Below, piece after piece: positions 54,851 through 64,000 of a DNA stretch of 64,000 nucleotides (the first letter of the stretch is position 1; each line of letters begins with the position of its first letter). The notes under the pieces were generated by a model that was not told the origin of the DNA, searched no databases, and saw nothing but the letters and a program-made list of their open reading frames with translations. The position numbers and the translations under genes were made by a program. The stretch comes from Chrysemys picta bellii (Eukaryota): assembly GCF_011386835.1 (NCBI RefSeq), contig NC_088791.1, forward strand, positions 92,256,001-92,320,000, read 5' to 3'.

Positions 54851-56629
54851 ACTTCAGTGAGTTACATCCATTTAATTCAGAAGAGATTCAGATCCAGGTT
54901 TTCCTGGACACCTTTCCAGTCACCTGAACTCAAATTTGAATGTGTGGAGATCTTTTAAAAATTAAAAAAAAAAAAAAAAAAAAATTAAAAAAGCCTTCCA
55001 AGCTGTACAGAGTCAGAGAGCATTAGAGATTTAATAAGAGTTTTATTAAAATAAGCTTGTAGGGAAGTAGAGCATGTTAAACTTACTTTGCGTTTAAAAA
55101 TCTGAATCCATAACACCAAGTATACACTAAAATTGTATTCACTTGTTAATCTTGCCCGGAGGAGGCAGCTTGGATGAGGATAGTCCAGACAGACAGTTCT
55201 TCCTGAAGGTTGGGATCTACCATTCAGCTCTCCACAAAGCCTATTACAAAAATAGTTAGAAGTAAAGTTCTTGGAGGAAGACTGCCCATTTGCCAACAAC
55301 TTCGTTAGACACAGTTAAGCCCTCCAGTTTGATACAGAAGGGCTGCACCCATTCTTACAGTAGCCAGAATGGTCAGAAATACTATGGAGTTGAATGGACA
55401 GGTTCCATGCACTATTAGGCTTCCTACATGCCATTACCAAGGAGCCTTAGGCTCCAAATTCTAAAAGCTCACTTGGGGAGACTAGAGAGGCAGTTCAGAA
55501 AAGGCTGCTCATGTCACCAGCAGATCCATCATGGGAGTCATGTCAAGGACAGAGTGTCTGGTATAGGAGCTAGGTTGCCCCTCCTAGAGGGAAGGCAGGT
55601 CAAGCCATGTGGATTGCTGAAGGGGTGCCATCTTCAGATATCTAGATCAAAGATTAGGGTAAACTCATGGACAAGGAAGCCACTAACAGGTACATACAGC
55701 TTAAGCCATGTTATTCTGCATTTGTTCTTCAATAGTGGGTAACATTTCCATTCCTCTATTGAAGATGGATTTTAACCAAGGATACAGAAATACAAGTTCT
55801 TAAAGCCATCTTCACCACCAGGCAGGGGAAACAGGTAGATTTTAAGTAGACTATCCTCACTTGTATTATCAGAGTTAACAAGGGTGCATTTAAAGCACAT
55901 GGCACAGTAGTCAAACAGGGATCCAGGGAGACACTTTAGTCCTGTATGATATAGAAACATTTAAGGGGCAGCCAGATAGAGACTTTGGGGATTCATTTAT
56001 TAGGGGCACAATACAGTTTTATTGTGCAGCTGACTAGGGAGCAGAGTCATCAGGTATAGCATCAACAAGATATGCTCTTCCCATGTTCTAGTTTGGTTGT
56101 AAGTTACTTGGGTACTGTCAAGAGCACGCCCACACATATCAGAAGGGCTTGGCAAACCACTTCTCCCCCACCAATGACCTAGTCCTTTATTGGACCTAGA
56201 ATGAGACACAATATGATCAGTGCTCATTTATGGACATTTATTCTCAGCCAATACCAGAGTGCTCTTAAGAAGTATCCAGTGAATTAGGGCATGTGGCTTA
56301 GATGTCCAAAAGTGATATATCTAGTCTCATACTTTGTACAGCTTCTAGCACAGTACGATCCACCCAGATTCTGAATGGGGCTTCTTGGTGCTACCTGAAT
56401 ACAAGTGGTGAAAGCATCCTACCAGGCAGCAGAATGATTTAATAAGGTCAAGCAACTTGAAAGGAGACTCATCTCACTTGATGAGCACTACTGTTATAGT
56501 CTTATAACTAGCAAGAGATGTATGACAGTCATGTTAGTTTCTGGTGGTATGGATAACTGGTTAGACTCGCTGTAATACATCAAGAAACATTAAAAGACCC
56601 ATATTGTTCTTACTAGCAGAGAGTCTTGG

Positions 56630-56776
56630 TTACAGCTGACCCATGCCAGGTCCTTGCTGCTGTGGAGCTGGCAGTACACCAAGTCCTTGCTGCCCCAGCA
56701 GCCTGTTCTCTTGTACTTCCTGTATGTGTCTGTGGATTTCATGGATCTTCTCAGTTAGCAGATGGTGGTATTCCTC
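56630..56776 (-). CDS. KIX-only protein (EP300/CREBBP-derived), last coding exon (KIX helix 3; homolog of EP300 exon 10)
   Basis: aatcag|GAG GAA TAC; EEYHHLLTEKIHEIHRHIQEVQENRLLGQQGLGVLPAPQQQGPGMGQL* versus p300 AEYYHLLAEKIYKIQKELEEKRRTRL; TAA at 56630-56632; donor GTAAGA retained at 56613. Confidence 0.75.
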   Translation of the reverse strand, partial: EEYHHLLTEKIHEIHRHIQEVQENRLLGQQGLGVLPAPQQQGPGMGQL

Positions 56777-57391
56777 CTGATTTTAGGGAACAGGGGAGAA
56801 AGGAAAAAAATCTATAGATTAGACAGATTGCATAAAGAACCCCCTACCAATATGCTGTGCATGTGCAGAAGCTGTCCCAATCCTAAATTATGCAATGAAG
56901 GAGAGTCAAGGTCAGATACTATACTGATTCCCTGCAAATGCAACACCACCACCACTAAGAAGCTTTTTTGTTGAGGTCTAAGAATTAGGTTTCAACATCC
57001 ATTCTTTATTGCATGCGAGGAAAGCAGACATTGAAGTATGGCACTATGGGAAGAGAGTTTCCTTGCTGTGAACAAATGCAAATACTAAGCAAGAAGGACA
57101 CATGCTTTCCACTCACTTCCCCATTCCCTTAAAAACCAAAACCAAAAAAACAAACAAACAAAAAAACACAGCTTGTGACATACTAGCTTGCATTTTGTGG
57201 ACCTTCTGGTCATTCATGGCTCTCAGGACAGCTCTATTTCAGATTGGTCTCAAGCCTCAGGGTTTAAGGAATGCTGGAAGCCATTTTTCTACACTTGTTT
57301 TTGGTCAGAGTTCTCCCTTGTTGCTATCACCAGTCCAGGGGCACTGGAGTGGTAATTGAGGTTTTTTGCTATGTCACCTTGATGGTATTGA

Positions 57392-57441
57392 GCAGGCCTA
57401 AGTAAGAGTGCTGGCAGCAGGCCTAAGTAAGAGTGCTGGCA
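57392..57441. repeat. 25-bp tandem duplication
   Basis: gcaggcctaagtaagagtgctggca x2. Confidence 0.9.
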
Positions 57442-57581
57442 GCCTCATCTAACTAGGACTCTAATTAGGGCTGGATCAGTGGAGGAAGACTTGGCACAAG
57501 CCTAAGCTGTCACCAATACAGTAAGATTTGTGTTTGGTCTGTACTATCTGGAGTACTGGTAGCAGAGATAACGCCACTTAC

Positions 57582-57699
57582 CCTGCTGTTTGCTTGGTCA
57601 TATGACTCCCCTTCCACTCTCCGAGCAAATGACATCAGCCTCTCCGTGCGCTCATCTCCTAATACGGCAGGATCAGGATTGGGATAAATCATTTGGACT
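57582..57699 (-). CDS. KIX-only protein, exon homologous to EP300 exon 9
   Basis: tttag|A GTC CAA; VQMIYPNPDPAVLGDERTERLMSFARRVEGESYDQANSR|GTAAGT versus [39 protein letters not shown]; 118 nt, phases 2/0. Confidence 0.85.
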
Positions 57700-58404
57700 C
57701 TAAACAGGAAGACACCCATGCAACAGATTAATCAGTTTCATCTAACTGAAAGATTGCTTCTCAGTCAGTGATGGGCTTTTGGTTTTTGTTTCAGGAATCT
57801 CAGGAAAGTAATTCTAAGGCCTTGAGCAGGACACTTTGGGGGGCGGGGAGGGGCAAGCTTTGACTGACAACCATGTATCTAGTCTCACCCCAGCCCAACA
57901 TGTCATGCAGCACATAAAAAGGTGAAAGACCAGGAAAGCATTTTGTCATACTGAGAAACTCAGTAGCTCCAAGGAAGTAATGAGGCAGTCCCTTATTGGT
58001 AAAGAGCAGAGCTCACTGGGCTCTGATCTCAATTGGAGATCTTTGCTTTACTGTAATATGAAGACAAAGTTTCCTTGGTTATAAGTTAATATTGCATAGA
58101 ACCCAAGTATTTCCAGTCTATGGTCTTCACTCCCCTAAAAACCAACCAACACACCCACACATTACTGAAGCCTACAGGTCCCTTCTTTTTACTTTTCAGC
58201 AAGCCACTTGGAGCATCAGCCACCATCTGCCTTTTTTTGGCAAGGGTAGAAAAGGGCGGTGAAGAGAGGCAGAGAAGGGATTTCATGTGAAATCCCATGT
58301 TCTTTGATATAGGGCAATGGACATCTGAAGTTTTTGCTTCTTAATTCAGAAGCCCTTTCCCTCCAAGAAGAGGGAAGAAGTCCATTTTGACACCAGATAC
58401 CTAC

Positions 58405-58542
58405 ATCCTCTGTACAACATGCTCACGCTGTGCCAGACTCACTGATTCTTGCCACTGGTTATTCCTGCCAGTGCTGGAGGATTGTGGTGCTCTTGGCAAA
58501 GGACCTAGGTTGGCAACAGCTGCCATTTCACCCATCACTGGG
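58405..58542 (-). CDS. KIX-only protein, exon homologous to EP300 exon 8
   Basis: tttaag|C CCA GTG; PVMGEMAAVANLGPLPRAPQSSSTGRNNQWQESVSLAQREHVVQRI versus PMMSENASVPSLGPMPTAAQPSTTGIRKQWHEDITQDLRNHLVHKL; 138 nt, phases 2/2; donor GTAGGT. Confidence 0.8.
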
Positions 58543-60063
58543 CTTAAAAATAAGAATGGGGAGGGGGAGAGAAGAGATTGTTAAGATCTTAACTGTAACT
58601 CCAAGTCTTAGGTAGCAGCTTTCATCTTAACACCTTTTGCAATGGGTTTCTAGACCAGAGCACATGGGGATCATTGGTGCACGGGGTGTAAAGCAGGACA
58701 AAAAGCCTAAAGTTTATTGGCAAGCCACACCTCCATGGCATATTCTCCCCCCCCCCCCTCCCCAAATGTTCTGCTTGGGCAGGGCTAGGGGATGCCCTGT
58801 GACCTCGCTCAAGAGCACAGATTTACAGGTGTCTATTCTGCTGCATGAACCCAAAGCAAGTCCCTATCATCTTCAATGCCACCTGTCCATTGGGGTAGCA
58901 GCGTTGCCCAGGAAGAGCCAGTGAGAATGGAGCCCTGAAGAGACCTGTATGCAGCCAGGGAGCCACTCAGAGGAGGTTGCCCAGCAGTTGTTCAGTTCTG
59001 CACAGACTTCCTCAGAACAGTCCCTGACGTGACACTGCAGTGATGTGTGTCTGCAGCTCACCATTTAAGGGATATTTGAGCTACACACCACCTGCCTTGG
59101 GTTTGTGCCAAGGAGGGAAAACCATGGCTCTAACATACCGAGGAGGTGGCTGTACCCAAGTCTGAGGCAACACCTTCATTTAGCCCAGGAAGCAAATCCC
59201 ATCACCGCCAGTGAGACATGCAAGGAATTTGGGTCAGCAGAACTCTGCCAAACAGAAGTATGGCCAGGACAACTCCAGGAATAACAGCCACCTGTTTTTG
59301 AGAGATGCACTAGGGATTTAATGACCATGAGCACTATTAAAGGATCGCACCTCCTGAAGGCCCCTACCACCACAGGAAGTGTGCCCCCAACAGGAACAAC
59401 TCACTCCACTGCCTGCCATAGTTTGGTATTCCCTGGAAGCCTGTCCAAGCATTGACAAAGATCACCGCTTGTCATGGTCTGTCTGTAGACAGAGTTATAT
59501 GAACTTGTCCAGAGGATTCTGAGTTTGCAGTCCAGGCATAGAATTGGAAGACAGAAGCCTGTGTAGCTGCACCATGAGTGTCTTCACATCCAAGGATAGA
59601 TGCTCAATTCTTAGTTTGAAGAGGGGATAGGTTGATCAATATTGGGTACAACTTTTCCAATTTGGGATTTTTTTTTTTTAAATCTATGTCTGGGGCAAGG
59701 CAGGGGAGGGGGAGAGAAGGGAATTTAAGGAAGAATATAGTTTTTTTTCATGTAGACAAGACATGTGAATTAGGAGACAAGAACTTACTTGTCAAAGTTC
59801 ATACCCAAAGGAAACACAGATTCAGGAGGGAGACTGGGACGTGGAACCTCTACACCTGCATTCACTCTCAGAGTGTTGGGATCTAGAGATCAAGAAAAAA
59901 AATTGCTGCATCTTGACTAATAGTTTGCCACACTTTTACTGGGCTTTGCACAGTTATTTTAAAGAAACTATCCATTTAGAAAACCAATTTAATATCTGGG
60001 AAGTGAAAAATCCTTTACAACTTATCTTGGAAGAGTGATGAGAGGAGAGAAAACAGGGCTTAC

Positions 60064-60152
60064 TTGGAGTTGTTCTGAAGAGCAGACCAGCCACTGGGGT
60101 AGCTCTTGTTATCACAAGAAACCCTTCCTAGATCACTGCCAGGAAGGACCAT
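60064..60152 (-). CDS. KIX-only protein, putative first coding exon (position of EP300 exon 7)
   Basis: Exon 60180-60064 with a strong acceptor and GTAAGC donor; GCCATGG Kozak ATG at 60152; phase-2 end joins the next exon in frame (SALQNNSN|PVMGE versus HSAINSQN|PMMSE). Confidence 0.5.
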
Positions 60153-60545
60153 GGCTGGTTTCAACAAGCCATTTGTTGAACTAGCAAAGAATAAAAGCAA
60201 AGCCTTGGCTGGATGCTCCCCCAGCAGGCAGTAACCTCCTTCAGCTTCTCCTAGTTCTTGCCGCTAGTAGCGGCATAGCAGGCAACCACTAGTGAATGTT
60301 CACAAACTGGGTAATTCAGGAAGGCAGATGATCAGATTTGAGCAGCAAGATTCAGACGATTCCTTAACCAAAGGAAACTGTAGGTAAATATTTCAGGAAC
60401 TCAAGTGGTACTGTTGGAAGATGTTCTAGTCCGGAAGACAGCCACAAATCCAGTTGCATTTCTTTTCCAGCATTTAGACTAAAGATTTAGGTCACTAGAA
60501 CATGAGACATTGGACAATATACTGTCTGCTGGAATGTGACCTTAC

Positions 60546-60772
60546 TTTGTGGATTCCTGGGAGATGGCCCCTGGAGAGATTGTTCTGGCCGCTGACCATT
60601 TGCTTGAGGCCAAGGTAATCCCTCCATCTTGAGGTGCCTGGCCAAGTTGTTGTGTAGGTGTGGAGAGAGCTGGTGTCAATCAAATAGTAGTTTGTACTCC
60701 AGACTCTACAAAGAGAATTTCCAAGTTCTACCTCAGCTCTCTTCCAGCACTGTTGGATGGAAACATCAGTAA
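60546..60772 (-). pseudogene. Decayed homolog of EP300 exon 6, probably now non-coding (5' UTR of the KIX gene)
   Basis: AG/GTAAGG sites retained; KRAEVELG (cf. ERAYAALG) and QQLGQAPQ (cf. QQPGQSPQ) lie in different frames with a TGA between them. Confidence 0.5.
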
Positions 60773-62779
60773 CTACCAAGGTGGGGGGGGGGGGAGGGGG
60801 GTTAAGAGAGAGAGAGACACACACACACAGACTGTGCACAAGACTAGATGTCTGGTTTTAGGCATGCACTCTCCTCCCACGTGGCCACAAGAACATGGTC
60901 TGATCTTCATTCTATCCCAACCCCTCCCCACATGGCTGTCCTATTTTCCTCTCATAGGAGAGGGAGATTGGAATCTGCCCAGGAACACTGTTCTGTGAAG
61001 CCTGCCCCTGCCCCCCCCCCCCCCTCATTCCACTGGAACTGCCAGAGATAAATTTTACACTAAAAATCCTTCCAAACTGGAAGTACTGTATGAAGCAATG
61101 TATGACAAGAAGTGCAGCGTCATTTTATATTTACCCTTCAACAGTATGACGAAAGAGAAATTCTTATCTTTAGAGGAATCTAACATGTCAGTTTGCTGAC
61201 ATGCGACCTGCTTGGTGTTATTTATATTGTGGTAGCACCTAGAGACCCTCCAACAAATATCAGGGTCCCATGGTGCTTGACACGAAGAAAACGGTTCCTG
61301 CTCTAGAAAGCTTATAGTTTAAACAAATTAGATCAATAATTGTAGAAATGTAGCCTAGGACTGGAAGGGACCTCATGGCCATCCCTGACAGGGGTTTGTC
61401 TAACCTGTTTTTAAAAACCTCTGGTGACAGGCAGGTTGTGGAATCTAGGTAGTTTGTGCACAGCTTAACCATCCTTCAATTAGGAAAATTTTCCTAATGT
61501 CGAACTTAAGCCTCCCTTCTGCAATTTAAGCTCATTACTTCTGTCCTCAGTGGATAAAGAGAACCATTTATCATCCCCCTCTTTATATGTGCCCCCTCAA
61601 TCATCTCGTGAAGAAACAAATCAATTTTTTCAGTCTTTCCTCATAGCTCACATTTTCTAGACCTTTAATCATTTTTGTTGCTCTCCTCTGGACTCTCCAG
61701 TTTGTCCACATCTTCCCCAAAGTGTGATGCCCTGAACTGGACACAGTACTCCAGCGGAGGCCTCACCAGTGCTGAGTAGTGTGTCTTGCTTACAACATAC
61801 CAATACATCCCAGAATGATGGTCACTTTTTTTTTGGGGGGGGGGGGGGGGGGGAGGGGGGAAGAAACAGAATTACAGATGTCTACAATATAGCAGCAATC
61901 CACCGTAACCCCCAGATCCTTTTCCGCAGTACTCCTTCCTAGGTGCTCATTCCCCCCCTCCCCCATTTTGTTTTTGGGCAATTGATGGTTCCTGTCTAAC
62001 TGTAGTATTTGCATTTGTCCTTATGGAATTTCAGGCCATTTGTTTCAGGCCATTTCTCCAGTTCTAGTACATTTTGAATTCTAATCCTGTCCTCCAAAGC
62101 ATTTGCAACCCCTCCCAGCTTGGTATCAACAAATTAAGTGCACTCTCAGTTTGGATAATGGTATAAATATATTGAATAGAACTGGACCTAGGACAGATCC
62201 CTGTGGGACCCCACGTGAAATGGCCTCCCAGCTTGACTGAGGCATTGATAACTACTCTGAGTAGTTATCCAGCCAGTTGTGCACCCAACTTATAGCAAGT
62301 TCATCTAGGCTAGATTTCCATAGTTTGCTTCTGAAGAGGGCATGTGAAACAGTATCAAAAGCCTTATTAAAATTGATATACATCACATCTGCTGCTTCCT
62401 CCCTATCCACAAGGGATGTTACCCTGTCCAAGAAGGATATTAGGTTGGTTTGACATGATTTGTTCTTGACAAGTCCATGTTGACTGTTACTGATCACATT
62501 ATCTTGTGGTGCTTACAAATGGATCGTTTGATTATTTGCACTGTTATCTTTCCAGGTACTGAAGTTAGGCTGACAGGTCTGTATTTCCCAGGGTTGTCCT
62601 TGTTCCCTTTTTATAGATGGGTAACTTGCCCTTTTCCAGTCCTCTAGGATCTCCCCCTTCCTCTAGGAGTCCCCAAAGGTCATCACTAATGGCTCAGAGA
62701 TCTCTTCAGCCAGTTCCTTACGTAGTCTAGTATGCATTCCATCAGGCCCTGCCAACTTGAAGACATCTAATTTGTCTAA

Positions 62780-63034
62780 GGCCAGGCCTACACTGCAAGC
62801 TTACATTGATATAACTATGTTGCGCAGTGGTATGAAAAAACAAAACACCCCCCGAACAATATAGTTTTGCTAGCATAAGTGGTAGTGTGCACAGCACTAG
62901 GTCAGCAGGAGACCTCTTTGGGGGTGGTTTAATTAGGTCAACAGGAGAGCTCTCTCTCATCAGCATAGAGTGGCTACAAGGGAAATCTTGGTGGTAGAGC
63001 TGTGCAGTGTAAGGTCTCTAGTGTAGACATGGCC
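62780..63034. mobile_element. PIF/Harbinger MITE
   Basis: TIRs ggccaggcctacact / agtgtagacatggcc; TAA TSD on both sides (62777-62779, 63035-63037). Confidence 0.85.
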
Positions 63035-63104
63035 TAAGTTGACAGGAGAGCTCTGTCTGCATCAAGCATCTTCACTGCAGCGGTACAGCAGTGCAGCCCC
63101 CTCA

Positions 63105-63291
63105 CAGGGCCAGCTTTAGGCCGATTCCCCCAAATTGGGTCCCGCACCTAAGGTGTCTTAAATTTTTTAATTTGTTTTACTCACCTGACGGCGGTCCACT
63201 CCAGGTCTTCGGCAGCACGGGGGCCTTCAGTGCCGCCGAAGACCCGGACCGGGTATTCAAATTGGGCCCTGCAGGTCCTAAAGTCGCCCTG
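63105..63291. mobile_element. hAT (Tip100-like) MITE
   Basis: TIRs cagggccagctttagg / cctaaagtcgccctg; perfect 8-bp TSD ccccctca. Confidence 0.88.
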
Positions 63292-64000
63292 CCCCCTCAA
63301 AGGCCCCCCACTCTGTTCTTGGTCTTCAATTGATGTATTTATAAAAATGTTTTCTTGTTACATTTTATGTTCCAGCTAGTTTAATCTCATTTTGCCCCTT
63401 TGTAATTGGCCCTAGTTTTTACTTTCTGTAGGACTAGAGTTTCAGGTCATTGAAGATCTCCTCGTTAAGCCAACATGGTCTCTAACCATACTGCTTAAGT
63501 TTCCTTTGCATTGGGATAGTTCGCTCTTACAGCCTTAAAATTGACAATTTTTTTTTATTTGTTGTTGATCTGAAGCACAAACCTTCATTAAAAATACAAT
63601 TCCTCGCTGCTTTCTCCCCATTTCTTCACATCCTTTGTTCATCTCAGGGGCCCCTCTTCCACTTTACCCAACCCCCAGAGCTAATCACCCTCATCATACT
63701 GACCTTGAAAACCCATCCCCTAGCCAATCTGAAAACTAGACTACGTAGAAATAACATATGAAGCCTCTTCCTCTTGCCTGAGGAGAATGCAATTGTGTAG
63801 TAAAAAAAGTCTACAGTTTTCACAAACAGCAGCCAGAGAAAAGGCTGCAATAAAGTGTTAGTGGATGTACATAAGGAGAAAAATATCTTTCCCAACATTT
63901 GTTAGGGAGGTCAGAGTGTCTTCTAAGCCACATGTCTGTAGAAACCAACATAGGGCTTTGCCTCACAGTAAGGGTGGTACAAGCAAAAGAGAAAAACCCC

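Larger units (their letters stand above)
61342..63545 (-). mobile_element. Fragmented older CR1 LINE with nested MITEs
   Basis: ORF 62252..62497 (SQHGLVKNKSCQTNLISF...FNKAFDTVSH) is CR1 RT; 3' UTR-like sequence at 61342-61790. Confidence 0.85.

Noticed and set aside
59062-59180. Alternative first coding exon for the KIX gene (MKVLPQTWVQPPP..., phase-2 donors)
   Set aside because: Weak Kozak context, no clear acceptor and no convincing EP300 similarity; the 60180-60064 exon fits better, though this cannot be excluded
56614-60772. Calling the KIX exons EP300 itself
   Set aside because: About 47% identity to a domain that is nearly invariant in amniotes, an in-frame stop right after KIX, a decayed exon-6 homolog, and no bromo, HAT or TAZ2 exons before L3MBTL2
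61135-61207. 73-nt AG/GT-bounded segment starting VAC as a homolog of EP300 exon 5 (TAZ1)
   Set aside because: No TAZ Cys/His pattern; at most an untranslated exon, and unsupported

Overview
Vertebrate genomic DNA, most likely turtle (inferred from the CR1, Penelope, hAT and Harbinger repeat repertoire), syntenic with the human EP300-L3MBTL2-CHADL-RANGAP1 region. It contains a complete 17-exon L3MBTL2 (minus, 48873->27003, 719 aa) and a complete 4-coding-exon CHADL (plus, 16563-22664, 745 aa). Two further genes have no counterpart at this position in human as I recall it. (1) A single-module chondroadherin-family secreted LRR gene (minus, 2499->942) lies head-to-head with CHADL. (2) A spliced, open-frame but strongly diverged KIX-domain-only gene (minus, ~60152->56630, ~163 aa) appears to derive from a partial duplication of EP300/CREBBP exons 6-10. 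The ORF track shows only one of its exons. Its KIX fold is intact and gap-free, while the flanking EP300-derived sequence has decayed or been cut by a stop codon. The rest is intronic or intergenic DNA with CR1/L2 LINE fragments, two solo LTRs with target-site duplications (TSDs), several MITEs and two Penelope-derived inserts, one carrying a minimal hammerhead-ribozyme fold. All gene models and reference-protein comparisons were read by eye or recalled from memory; no searches were run.
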